A DNA stretch of 63,515 nucleotides from Thermoplasmatota archaeon. GTDB taxonomy: Archaea > Thermoplasmatota > SW-10-69-26 > JACQPN01 > JAIVGT01. Every line of letters starts with the position of its first letter. The first letter of the stretch is position 1. Below the pieces are notes generated by a model that was not told the origin of the DNA, did not search any database, and saw only the letters and a list, made by a program, of their open reading frames with translations. Shown one piece after another: positions 44,482 to 53,852 of this stretch. The translations under genes and the position numbers were made by a program. The stretch lies in assembly GCA_035541015.1 (NCBI GenBank), contig DATLFM010000035.1, forward strand, positions 1-63,515, given 5' to 3'.

Positions 44482-47400
44482 GGCGGGCCAAGGGCTTGGC
44501 CCTTGCCCGCCATGCGAGGAGCCTCGCGCTTGCGCTGGCGCTCTCCCTCGTCCTCACGCTGGGGGCCCTCGGCCTTGCCGCGCTGTCGGCCATGGACGCG
44601 CGGCCGGTGGCCGGCCACGATCCGGGCGTGCGCGGCGAGACCGTGATCCCGCTCGAGGACACGATCGGCGACGGTCTGGCCGACGTGGACGAGATCTTCC
44701 GCTACGGAACGAATCCGCAGCGCATCGACACGGCCGGCGACGGCATCCCCGACGGCTGGAAGGTCGCCTGGCAGGGATGCGACGCCGCGGGCTTCTGCCG
44801 CCCCGATCCCCTCCGCGCCGACGCGGGCGACCGCCTGTCGGGACCCGAGGGCATGACAAGCCTCGAGAAGTACGAGTGGACGCGGCAAAACCTCGTCGAG
44901 CCCGCGGAGGCGGCCTGCCAGTGCAAGCTGCGCGGCGAGGCTCTCATGGACCTGTTCCGCCGCGGGCTTGATCCCTGGAAGCTCTCCACGGTCGACGACG
45001 GCATCCCGGACACCTACAAGATCCGGTACGGCCTGGATCCGCTGGACCCGGAGCTTGCGGAGAAGGACCCCGTCGGCAAGGGCATGACGATCCGCGAGCA
45101 GGCCCGCCACGGCCTGGACCCCTTCCGGCTCGACACCTCCAACAACGGGCTGTCGGACTACGAGGCCATCCACGTCTACCGCACCGACCCCACGAAGTTC
45201 TCGACCGTGAACGACGGCATTCCCGACGGGTGGAAGGTCCGCTACGGGCTCGACCCGCTCGATCCGCTCCTCGCGTGGGCGGACCCCTCCGGCACGGGCG
45301 CCACGATCCTCGAGGAGTATCGCTTCAACCTGCCCCAAGGCTGGACGGAGCGCGACGGCGTCTGGTGGAACGGCACGAATCCCATGCTCGCCGACACGGG
45401 CGGCGACGGCTTGGGGGACGATTTTGCCGCCCGCTTCGGCGTTCAGCCCCGCCAGCTCGCCTGCCCGCCGCCGGCGGCGCCGCAGGCCCGCTGCCCGAAC
45501 TCCCGCTACGATCCGACGCAGCACCACCCGGGCGCCGACCCGACGGGCACGGGCCTTACGCTGAAGATCGCCTACGAGCAGAAGCTCGGGCCGTTCCGGC
45601 AGAGCGTGGACCCCTTCCGATCCGACGCCGATGGCGACGAGATCCTCACGATCGAGGAGGTCCAAGGGTACGACATCGTGGTCAACGGGCGCAGCGCGCG
45701 CGTCTTCTCGAATCCCAACGTTTTCGACACGGCCGGCGACGGCCTTGGCGACAAGCGAAAGCGCGAGCTTGGCCTCTCGCCGATCACTTCGGACACGGAC
45801 GGCGACGGGCTGCCCGACCGCCTCGAGATCGACCTTGGGACCGACGCGCTCAAGGAGGATTCCGCCGGCGATGGCCTGCTCGACGGCGAGCGGTACGAGT
45901 ACCTTCGCGTGCGGCACGCGCAGGAGATCGCCCGCCTCGAGGGCGGCAACCGGACGTTCGTCGATCGCCTGCGCGCCTTGGACGACGCGTACGCAAGCCT
46001 CGACGACCGCGGCTTGCTGGACCTGCTGGGACCCAACGCCACGCTGCGGCCCTCCGCCACGGACCGCAAGAACATGCTCGAGCCCGACTGGGACGGCGAC
46101 GGGCTCGTGAACGGGCAGGAGGTCAAGCCCGACACGGGCCTCATCCCGATTCCCCCGACCACCTGCCCGGACGCGCAGGGGCGCACGGGTCCGCGGTCCC
46201 CCATCGATCCCATGCTCTCCGACACCTCGGGCGACGGCCTTCGCGACGGATGGAAGGTCGCCAACGCCTGCTGGGTCCCGTCGCTTGGAGGCTGGGACCT
46301 CGACGCCTCGAAGTACGACAGCGACGGAAGCGGCGTCTCCGACGGGGAGAAGAACTTCATGAACGACGGGATCCACTTCTACGATCCCAACCGCGGCGCG
46401 CTCCAGTACGTTCCCTTCCACAACCTGCGCAACCAGCAGTACGGAACGAACCCGCACCTTCTGGACTCCTCGGGCGATGGCCTCTCGGACGGGTACGAGG
46501 CGCTCTGGACGGAGCGCAAGCCCGAGGGCGCGCCCGACGGATGGCGGCTCGATCCCACGAAGGCGGACACGTTTGTGGGCGATCCCCTGTACTGCCCGAC
46601 CGCGGATCCCTGCCGCGACGGCGACCGCGACTTCCTCGAGGGGATCGAACCCGTGCGGATCCACAACCGGACCGCCACGACGGCCGGCAACGTCGTGTGC
46701 GACCTCGTGTCGCTCAACGTGACCCAACGCCACGCCGCGCGGGTGAGTCCGTTCCATCCGCAGACGCTTGCCGACGGCGTGCCCGACGCCTACAAGATCG
46801 CCTACGCCCTCGATCCGCTGGACGCCGACCTCGTGCGCGCGCGGCTCGACGGCGACGCGCACGGCCTCACGCTCCTGCAGAAGTGGCAGGTCTCGCAGCT
46901 GGGGCTGGGCCCGCCAGGCTGCGGCGCCCATCCCCTCGAATCGGACACCGACGGAGGGGGCATCCCCGACGCGCTCGAGCTCTCGCTTGGCTTGAACCCG
47001 CTGGACCCGGGGGACGACGATCCCACGGGCGATCCCACGAACTCGGGCCTCACCACGCGGGCCAAGATCGCGCTTGGGCTTGATCCCTTCACTCGGGACT
47101 CGTCGGGCAACGGCCTCATCGACGGCGGCTTTGGGCGGTTTGGGTTCACCGACGAGATGATCCTCGACATCGTCGACGGCCGCGACGTCGTGATCCCCAA
47201 TCCGAACACGCGCCGTTGCCCGCAGGCGGACCCGGTCCTTTGCCCGGCCGGCTCGTACAACGACCTTGACATCAAGGACCCCTCGCAGTGGGACAGCGCC
47301 GGCGACGGCCTCCCCGACGACTGGAAGATCGCGTACGGGCTCACGCCGGTGGGCGAGCGCTATGCGCATCTCCGCGCACCCGACGGGCTCACCTACCTTC

Positions 47401-50400
47401 AGAAGTACCGCTGGGGAATGCCGGCCGACTGGAACCTCCAGCCCGACGGCACGTTCGACTACCGCAAGGACGGCACGTGGTGGGGGGGCCTCCACCCGCA
47501 GGATGCGCGCACCGACGGTCGCACGTTTGATCCCGACCAGCGCGACCTCGACCACGACGGGCTCGACGACTTCAACGGGGAGGATCCGTTTCCCGTCGAC
47601 GACCAGGACAACGACGGGACCTGGGACACCACGGCGCCCTGGGACTCCGGCGGGCCCTGGTGCTCCAACGACGCCGTCGTGAGCCGCGGCGGGAACCCGA
47701 GCGACCTCTGGACGCGGGGCATCCGCTACGGAAACTGCCTGGACCGCTACCCCAAGCGGCTCTCCTTGCACACCGACGCCGACCGAAACGGCATCCCCGA
47801 CTGGCAGGACCGCGTCGCGATGTCGGTGACCGCCACGGCGCCCGAGGGCAACCTCGTGAGCAAGGCCTCGCCCTTTGTGGTCTCGGCCCGCGTGACCTGC
47901 GCGGCCACGAACGATCGCGCGCGCCGCGAATGCGCCGCCGTCGGGGCCCCCGTCGCGGGGGTCCCCGTGCTCGTGAGCCTCGACGATCGGGCCCTGGCCG
48001 CGGGCCCGGACGCCTACGCCCCCGACGGCCGGGGGCTCACGAACCTGCTTGGCGCGGGCTTCACCGACGCCGACGGCCGCGTGCAGATCGTCGCAAGCTT
48101 CGGGCGCAACTCGGTCGTCGTGCCCGCGGGTCTCACGCTTGCCGGGCGGACGGGCGAGCTCGCCTGGACGTACGCGCGGACGATCCCCGCCGGCCCGGGG
48201 CATCATCTCCTCGTCTGGGTCCCCAACACGACGGCCGCCCCCGGCGGCCCGCCCCCTCTTTCGGGCGCGACGGCGTCCTTTGCCGTGCAGGTCCATTCGA
48301 CCTCCCACTTCCTGCTGGACTCGAGTCCGACGGTGGAGAACGAGCGTCCGCTTGTCGTGGCCGCGCGCCTCGTCGATTCGACGCAGTCGCCGCTGGCCAA
48401 CCGCAACGTGACCCTTGCGTGGATGGGAACGACCGTCGTGCGCACGACCGACGGTGCGGGCGCCTTCAACGCCACGCTGCCCACGCCCGACCGCGAGCCC
48501 GGAGCGTACCCGCTTGTCCTGAGCTTCGCCTCGAGCGAGGCCCTCCTCGTCTCGAACCAGACGGCGCAGCCGATCCGCGTGCAGTATCCAACGCGATTCT
48601 CGGGCCTGCAGGTCGTTCCCGCGCTGCCCGCCACGGGCGAGCGGATCACCGCCTCGGCCGCGCTTCTGGACTACCGCGGCGAGCCGCTTCCCGGGCGGAC
48701 GGTCGTCCTGCTGCTCGCGGGGGCCGAGGTTGCAAACGCGACGACCGACGACAACGGGACCTTCGCGCTCTCCTACGTCCTGCCCCGCACCGTGGCCGCG
48801 GGCCTGCACAACCTCACGGTGCGCTTCGCCGGCGAGCCTGCCGCCGAGGACGCGCGCCTGTACCGCGAGGTCGCCGCGTACCCGGGCTTGAGCGTTCGCC
48901 GCGCCACCGCGATGTCCCTGCGGGACTTCCACGTGTTCCGCGGCGCCGGCGCGGCCGTCGTCAACGGGACGCTCCTCGACGAGAACGGCGAGCCGTTTGC
49001 GTGCAACGTCGCGATCGTCCTCGGGGGCCTCCATCGCGCCACGGCCGAATGCGACGCGCGCGGCCAGTTCCGCGCGACGATCCCGCACAGCGCGCTTGCG
49101 CGGCAGGTCGGCGCGGTGCCTCTGGTCGCCGAGTTCGTGGGGACGCCCTTCCACCGGGAGAGCCGCGCCGTCTCCACGATGTTCATCCAGGGGCTGCCGC
49201 ACGTCGCGCTCTCCGTGGGCGACGCGCAGCGGCAGCGGCCCTACTTCCTCAACGGGACGGTCCTCGACGACGCGGGCCAGCCGATCCGCGGGCAGGCCGT
49301 CGTGGCGACCTTCGCGGGAGCGCCCCTGCCCCCCGCGCCCACCGACGCCGACGGGCGGTTCTCGATCCGCTTCCTCGTCCCCCGCGAGACGCTCCTTGGC
49401 ACGGCCGTCGTGACCGCCCGGCTCTCGCCCACGCCCGCCTACGCCGACGGCGAGATCGCCACGGCAAGCGTGCGGGTGCTTGCCGCCACGGTGCTCACCT
49501 TGCCCGAGCGGGGATTGTTCCGCGGCGACGCCGTGCTCGCCGGACGGCTCCTCGACGACCTGGGCCGGCCCGTGACGGGCGCGCGCGTGAGCCTGTTCCT
49601 CGAGAACCGCACGCACGAGGTCGCCACCGCGCTCGACGGCGGGTTCTCCCTATCGGTGAACCTCCCCTCGTCGCGCGCCGCAGGACCGCTTTCCGCGCTC
49701 GCGCGGTTCGGGGGCTTTGGCGACTACGCTTCGACCCAGGTCGCCTCCACGTACTCCGTCCTCGGGCGCGCGAGCTTTGCCGACTTTGTCGTCGGCAACC
49801 TCGCCGCCGGCCGCGAGAACCCCGTGTCCGGGCGGCTTGCGCAGGAGAACGGGGCCCCCGTCCCCGCCGGCCAAGTGCGCATCCGCGTGGACGGCGCGGA
49901 CATGGTCGCCCTGCCCGTCGCGGCTTCGGGGACCTTCGCTGGAGCGCTTGCCCTGCCCGCGTCCTTCCCCGCCGGATCGCACCTCCTGGAGGCCACCTAC
50001 GAGGGCGCGTTCATGACGGAGGCGCGCCTTGCCCGCAGCGTGCGAGTGCTCGTGCCCGTGGAGCTCTCCGCCGTGGTCGAATCCGAGTCGCTTGCGCCCG
50101 GGCAGGCGTTCCGCACGCAGATCCTCCTGCGCGAGGCGGCCTCCGGGGCGCCCGTCCAGGGCCGCGTCGGCGTCGGCTTGGCCTATCGCAACGCGACGGT
50201 GAACCTCACGGTCTTCACGGACGCCCAAGGGCGCGCCTCGTTCTCGACCGTGTTCCAGGAGGGTCTCACGCTCACGATGCGCTACGGCGGCGACGATGCG
50301 CGCGCGCCCGAGACCACCGTGGTCGCCCTGCAGCGCACCCACGCGCTCGTTCCGGGGGGGCTCACGGGCCTCGTCGCGCTCCTGGGCGCGCTTGCAGCCG

Positions 50401-50807
50401 TCCTGCTTGGCGTGGCCTACCTCGTCGCCCGTCGCGAGCGCGCGCGCGTCGAGGAGGCCCGCGCCATCGTGGAGTGGCTCGAGGGCCGCCTGCGGGCCGG
50501 CGACGAGGCCGCCGCGGTCGTCATCGCCGCCCACGCGCGGCTCGTCGAGCACTTCGCCCGCCACGGCGTGCTGGCCAAGGAGGCCGCCACGGCGCGCGAG
50601 GTCGCGCAGGCCGCCACGGAGAGCCTGGCCATCCATCCCGACCGCATGAGCGGCTTCACGGAGCTCTTCGAGCGCGCGCGGTACTCGGGCCGGCCCATCG
50701 AGGACCCGGACAAGGCGCGCGCCTTGCGGCTTCTGCGCGGCATCCTCGACGATCTCGACTTCGCGCTTGGCCGGCGGCTTGGCACCTCCGCGCGGGGGAC
50801 GCCATGA
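44478..50807 (+). CDS. Giant bitopic protein (2109 aa): signal peptide, ~22 thrombospondin-type-3-like Ca-binding repeats, ~8 CarboxypepD_reg-like beta-sandwiches, one TM helix, C-terminal DUF4129-like domain
   Basis: ATG 44478 overlaps the upstream TGA (ATGA); the ORF-track start 43908 lies inside the previous gene. TSP3-like units (DTAGDGIPDGWK, TVDDGIPDTYKIRYGLDPLDP, DTDGDGLPDRLE and others) span about 44650-47830. Units of the form G..V.v.l.g......TDa.G.f....lP span about 47830-50290. The TM helix LTGLVALLGALAAVLLGVAYLVA lies at about 50361-50432. The DUF4129-like end contains FTELFERARYSGRPIEDPD. Confidence 0.8.
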   Translation: MRRAKGLALARHARSLALALALSLVLTLGALGLAALSAMDARPVAGHDPGVRGETVIPLEDTIGDGLADVDEIFRYGTNPQRIDTAGDGIPDGWKVAWQGCDAAGFCRPDPLRADAGDRLSGPEGMTSLEKYEWTRQNLVEPAEAACQCKLRGEALMDLFRRGLDPWKLSTVDDGIPDTYKIRYGLDPLDPELAEKDPVGKGMTIREQARHGLDPFRLDTSNNGLSDYEAIHVYRTDPTKFSTVNDGIPDGWKVRYGLDPLDPLLAWADPSGTGATILEEYRFNLPQGWTERDGVWWNGTNPMLADTGGDGLGDDFAARFGVQPRQLACPPPAAPQARCPNSRYDPTQHHPGADPTGTGLTLKIAYEQKLGPFRQSVDPFRSDADGDEILTIEEVQGYDIVVNGRSARVFSNPNVFDTAGDGLGDKRKRELGLSPITSDTDGDGLPDRLEIDLGTDALKEDSAGDGLLDGERYEYLRVRHAQEIARLEGGNRTFVDRLRALDDAYASLDDRGLLDLLGPNATLRPSATDRKNMLEPDWDGDGLVNGQEVKPDTGLIPIPPTTCPDAQGRTGPRSPIDPMLSDTSGDGLRDGWKVANACWVPSLGGWDLDASKYDSDGSGVSDGEKNFMNDGIHFYDPNRGALQYVPFHNLRNQQYGTNPHLLDSSGDGLSDGYEALWTERKPEGAPDGWRLDPTKADTFVGDPLYCPTADPCRDGDRDFLEGIEPVRIHNRTATTAGNVVCDLVSLNVTQRHAARVSPFHPQTLADGVPDAYKIAYALDPLDADLVRARLDGDAHGLTLLQKWQVSQLGLGPPGCGAHPLESDTDGGGIPDALELSLGLNPLDPGDDDPTGDPTNSGLTTRAKIALGLDPFTRDSSGNGLIDGGFGRFGFTDEMILDIVDGRDVVIPNPNTRRCPQADPVLCPAGSYNDLDIKDPSQWDSAGDGLPDDWKIAYGLTPVGERYAHLRAPDGLTYLQKYRWGMPADWNLQPDGTFDYRKDGTWWGGLHPQDARTDGRTFDPDQRDLDHDGLDDFNGEDPFPVDDQDNDGTWDTTAPWDSGGPWCSNDAVVSRGGNPSDLWTRGIRYGNCLDRYPKRLSLHTDADRNGIPDWQDRVAMSVTATAPEGNLVSKASPFVVSARVTCAATNDRARRECAAVGAPVAGVPVLVSLDDRALAAGPDAYAPDGRGLTNLLGAGFTDADGRVQIVASFGRNSVVVPAGLTLAGRTGELAWTYARTIPAGPGHHLLVWVPNTTAAPGGPPPLSGATASFAVQVHSTSHFLLDSSPTVENERPLVVAARLVDSTQSPLANRNVTLAWMGTTVVRTTDGAGAFNATLPTPDREPGAYPLVLSFASSEALLVSNQTAQPIRVQYPTRFSGLQVVPALPATGERITASAALLDYRGEPLPGRTVVLLLAGAEVANATTDDNGTFALSYVLPRTVAAGLHNLTVRFAGEPAAEDARLYREVAAYPGLSVRRATAMSLRDFHVFRGAGAAVVNGTLLDENGEPFACNVAIVLGGLHRATAECDARGQFRATIPHSALARQVGAVPLVAEFVGTPFHRESRAVSTMFIQGLPHVALSVGDAQRQRPYFLNGTVLDDAGQPIRGQAVVATFAGAPLPPAPTDADGRFSIRFLVPRETLLGTAVVTARLSPTPAYADGEIATASVRVLAATVLTLPERGLFRGDAVLAGRLLDDLGRPVTGARVSLFLENRTHEVATALDGGFSLSVNLPSSRAAGPLSALARFGGFGDYASTQVASTYSVLGRASFADFVVGNLAAGRENPVSGRLAQENGAPVPAGQVRIRVDGADMVALPVAASGTFAGALALPASFPAGSHLLEATYEGAFMTEARLARSVRVLVPVELSAVVESESLAPGQAFRTQILLREAASGAPVQGRVGVGLAYRNATVNLTVFTDAQGRASFSTVFQEGLTLTMRYGGDDARAPETTVVALQRTHALVPGGLTGLVALLGALAAVLLGVAYLVARRERARVEEARAIVEWLEGRLRAGDEAAAVVIAAHARLVEHFARHGVLAKEAATAREVAQAATESLAIHPDRMSGFTELFERARYSGRPIEDPDKARALRLLRGILDDLDFALGRRLGTSARGTP

Positions 50808-52036
50808 AGCGCCCCCGCTTCGCCCGGGCGCCCGGCGGAGGCCGCTTTCCACGCGTCCCCTGGGCGGCGCTTGCCGTCGCCGTGGCGCTTGCCGCCGTCG
50901 TCTCCACGCTTGCCCTCTCGCTTGTGCCCACCTCCGGTCGCACGCCCTACGGCGACGGCTGGGACGACCTCTCGGAATTCCGCTCGGTCGTCCAGGGCGA
51001 GCAGTACGCCTTCGGCACGGTGTACGCTTCCCCGCTTCTCCTGAAGGACGTGCCCGACCCGTCGCGGACGCTCTACGTCGTCGCCGGCGCCGAGCGTTCC
51101 TACTCGGAGGAGGAGGCCCTGGCCGTGGTCGACTTCTTCCTGCGCGGCGGACGCCTGCTCGTCCTGGAGGACACGGGCAGCGCAAACCAGGTCTCGCTTC
51201 GCCTGGGCGTGCAGTTCGACGGCGTGCGCCTCTGGGACTCCGCCTTCGACGGCACGCGCGACACGGCGTACGTTCGCGTCCAGATCCGGCTCGAGAAGGG
51301 CGCGCACGACATCCTCACGAACCTTCCCACGAGCCTTCGCGTGCTCGAGCGCGCGCCCGCGGGCGTTCGGCTCGACACGATCGGGGAGAGCACGCGCCAC
51401 AGCTACATCGAGCAGGACGGGGCGGAGGGGATCACCGAGGGCGACCTTCCGGGGCCCTTTGCCGTGGCCGTCGTCCTCGAGCACGAGGCCTCCGGCGGGC
51501 GCGCGCTGTTCCTTGGCGACTCCCACGTGATCGCCAACGCCCTGCTGCTCGAGTCGAGCAACCGGCGGTTTGTGGCCGGCGTCCTCTCGGAGCTCCTTCC
51601 AAGCGGCGGAACCGTCCTCCTCGACGCCTCGCGCCTCTCGCACGGCGGGGCTGGGCTTCGCGAGCTTGTCGCAAGCGCGGTCGCTTCCGTGCGCTGGCCC
51701 GTCCTTGGGCTTGTGCCCGTGGGCGCCGCGCTTGTGGCCCTGGCCGCCTTCGCCGGCCTGCGACGGACGCAGGCCGCGCGGGACGCGCCCTTGTTCGACC
51801 ACCGATTCGCGCCCGACGCGCCGCGCAACCCGCCGGAGAGCCCTTCGGCCTTCCGTGACCGCCTCGCCCGGGCGGCCGCGGCCAAGCTCGGCTTGCCCCG
51901 GCTCCCCGACGATCCCGAGACGCTGCGCGCGGCCGTGCCCGATCCTGCGCTCGCGCGCGCGCTTGCGGCGCCCGAGGCGCCGGCGCGGGAGACCTGGCCG
52001 GACCTCGTCGATCGGCTGCGGAGGCTGCGCGGATGA
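50804..52036 (+). CDS. DUF4350-like membrane protein (410 aa)
   Basis: ATG 50804 overlaps the upstream TGA (ATGA). The architecture is an N-terminal TM (VPWAALAVAVALAAVVSTLALSLV), a ~280-aa extracytoplasmic domain, a second TM (WPVLGLVPVGAALVALAAFAGL) and a Pro/Ala-rich tail. This layout, together with its position next to DUF58 and MoxR, matches DUF4350. The family call is by architecture and context only. Confidence 0.6.
   Translation: MKRPRFARAPGGGRFPRVPWAALAVAVALAAVVSTLALSLVPTSGRTPYGDGWDDLSEFRSVVQGEQYAFGTVYASPLLLKDVPDPSRTLYVVAGAERSYSEEEALAVVDFFLRGGRLLVLEDTGSANQVSLRLGVQFDGVRLWDSAFDGTRDTAYVRVQIRLEKGAHDILTNLPTSLRVLERAPAGVRLDTIGESTRHSYIEQDGAEGITEGDLPGPFAVAVVLEHEASGGRALFLGDSHVIANALLLESSNRRFVAGVLSELLPSGGTVLLDASRLSHGGAGLRELVASAVASVRWPVLGLVPVGAALVALAAFAGLRRTQAARDAPLFDHRFAPDAPRNPPESPSAFRDRLARAAAAKLGLPRLPDDPETLRAAVPDPALARALAAPEAPARETWPDLVDRLRRLRG
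52020..52024 (+). promoter_or_regulatory. SD GGAGG for ATG 52033
   Basis: Lies inside CGG-AGG-CTG (R-R-L) of the upstream gene, 8 nt before the ATG. Confidence 0.5.
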
Positions 52037-53262
52037 TCACCGCGAAGGGACGCGCGTACCTCGCCGGGGGCGTCCTTGCGCTTCTGGCCGGCGTCGTGGC
52101 CGGCTCGGCCGCGCTTGCCGCCGCGGGCGTCCTTTTCCTCTCCGCGCTTCTCGTGGCCGGCCTGCTGCGGCGCGACCTCTCGATCTCCGTGCGACGCTCC
52201 GTCCAACCCCAGCGCCTGCGCGAGGGCGAATGGGTCGACGTGGACCTCGCGGTCGCCAACTCCGGCACGACCGCCGGCTTCCTCGAGGTGGCCGAGACGC
52301 TCTCCGAGCGGCTCGAGCTCTCCGGCAAGGCGCGCGAGATGCTCGCGCTTCGGCCCCGCGAGACGGCGGCGCTGCGCTACCGTCTGCGCGCGCACGTCAA
52401 GGGCGTGTACTCGGTGGGGCCGCTTGCCTACCGTGTCGAGGACGTCTTTGGCCTTTTCGCCGAGGACCTCCAACACCCGGAGGAGGCGTACTTCACGGCC
52501 ATCCCCGGCTCCGATGACGCGGAGGTCGAGGCCAAGAGCCGCATCCCGAAGGGATACCTTGGCGAGCACATCGTGCGGTCGCCCGGCCAGGGCATGGAGT
52601 TCTTCGGCCTTCGCGAGTACGTCCGCAGCGATCCCCTCAAGGAGGTCAACTGGAAGGCCTCCGCCCGCGCGGGCGAGCTCATCGTGAACCAGCGCGAGCG
52701 CGAGAGCATCACCGACGTGGCCGTCTTCTACGACTGCCGGGCCGCCTCCGGTCGCGGCACGGCCACCGTGAACGGCAACGTGCTTGGGGCGCGCGCCGTC
52801 GCCTCGATGCTCGAGATCCTGCTCGCCCGGCGCGACCGCATGAAGTTCGTCTCCTACGGCCCCCGCGTGGACGTCGTCCAGCCGGACACCGGCGACCGCA
52901 TGCGGCACAAGGTCCTCAACCTCCTCTCCGCGCTCGAGCCCGCGGGCGACACGCGCCTCCTCCAGGCGGTCGAGGCCGTGCTTCCCACGCTCTCGCGGCA
53001 GACCCCCGTCATCGTGGTCTCCAACCTCGAGGAGGACGCAAGCGTCGTGGAGGCCGTCTCGCGGCTTCGCGCGCGCGAGCTCAACGTCCTTGTCCTCTCG
53101 CCGCGCGCGCACTTCCCCACCGCGGACGCAAGCGTGGTCGAGCTTGCCGCCGCCGAGCGCGCGGCCGTCGTGGCGGCGCTCCGGGCCGCCGGCGCGCGCG
53201 TGCTCGACTGGGACCCGCAGGCGAGCTTCTCGATCGCCATGGCCAAGGGGGCGCTCCTGTGA
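52033..53262 (+). CDS. DUF58 family protein (409 aa)
   Basis: ATG 52033 overlaps the upstream TGA (ATGA). Two N-terminal TM helices are present. The DUF58 signature is GEHIVRSPGQGMEFFGLREYVRSDPLKEVNWKASARAGELIVNQRE. Confidence 0.8.
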   Translation: MITAKGRAYLAGGVLALLAGVVAGSAALAAAGVLFLSALLVAGLLRRDLSISVRRSVQPQRLREGEWVDVDLAVANSGTTAGFLEVAETLSERLELSGKAREMLALRPRETAALRYRLRAHVKGVYSVGPLAYRVEDVFGLFAEDLQHPEEAYFTAIPGSDDAEVEAKSRIPKGYLGEHIVRSPGQGMEFFGLREYVRSDPLKEVNWKASARAGELIVNQRERESITDVAVFYDCRAASGRGTATVNGNVLGARAVASMLEILLARRDRMKFVSYGPRVDVVQPDTGDRMRHKVLNLLSALEPAGDTRLLQAVEAVLPTLSRQTPVIVVSNLEEDASVVEAVSRLRARELNVLVLSPRAHFPTADASVVELAAAERAAVVAALRAAGARVLDWDPQASFSIAMAKGALL

Positions 53263-53771
53263 CCGTTCTCGCGTGGGGGGCGCTTCTTGCCGTGGCCGCG
53301 CTTGCGGTCCTCGACTCGCGCGTGGGCCCCCTTGCGCCCGGCGCCGCGGCGGGGGCGGCCCTTCTCCTGCACGCGCTCTCCGCCTCGCGCGCAAGCCTTC
53401 GCCTGCCGGCCATCGTGGCCGCCGCCGCCACGGGCGTCTTCCTCCTGCCGCAGGTCTCGCTGGCGGGCCTGGCGTGGGCCGCGTCGCTCTTCCTCTACGT
53501 CGAGTTCTCGACCTCCGGCGCGCGCCTGGCGCGCTGGGGCGAGGCCATCGTCGCGCGCTACCGGCGCGCGCTCGTAGGCCCCCTTGCGATGGCGTTTGCG
53601 CTTGCCCTTGCCGCCGTGCTTTTCCATCGCGCCCTCGCCTTCCTGCTGCCCCCGGCGCTTGGCGAAAGCCTCGAGCTTGCAAGCTCCTTTGGCATCGCGG
53701 CCGGGGCCATTCTCGTCCTTGGCGTGGCCTTGATCGCGGCCCGCTGGCGGGAACGGCTCCTTGCGGCCTAA
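53259..53771 (+). CDS. Small polytopic membrane protein (170 aa, about 5 TM)
   Basis: GTG 53259 overlaps the upstream TGA (GTGA). The sequence is almost entirely hydrophobic, Ala/Leu-rich helices. No family recognised. Confidence 0.6.
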   Translation: MTVLAWGALLAVAALAVLDSRVGPLAPGAAAGAALLLHALSASRASLRLPAIVAAAATGVFLLPQVSLAGLAWAASLFLYVEFSTSGARLARWGEAIVARYRRALVGPLAMAFALALAAVLFHRALAFLLPPALGESLELASSFGIAAGAILVLGVALIAARWRERLLAA

Positions 53772-53816
53772 GAGCGCCCGACGGGGCGCGAATCCGAGCC
53801 TCCCCCGCCATACGAC

Positions 53817-53823
53817 TTATATA
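53817..53823 (+). promoter_or_regulatory. TATA box (TTATATA) for the MoxR gene
   Basis: The only AT-rich element in the 81-nt spacer. It starts 36 nt upstream of ATG 53853, giving a near-leaderless start. Confidence 0.55.
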
Positions 53824-53852
53824 CGGAACGCCCCTCTTCCGACCTGACGCCG

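Noticed and set aside
15155-50807. Catalytic signatures in the giant proteins: HExxH metalloprotease, transglutaminase Cys-His-Asp, and subtilase or glycosidase motifs.
   Set aside because: I found no HExxH; the closest is HEVALLH, which has the wrong spacing. No other convincing catalytic motif was found by eye. The proteins look like structural, adhesive and ligand-binding arrays. Enzymatic roles are therefore not claimed.
53774-53789. A 6-bp GC hairpin (GCGCCC-gacg-GGGCGC) right after the stop of the 170-aa membrane protein, considered as the operon terminator.
   Set aside because: The stem is very short and no T-run follows. Such GC palindromes are frequent at this GC content. It is not enough to annotate as a terminator.
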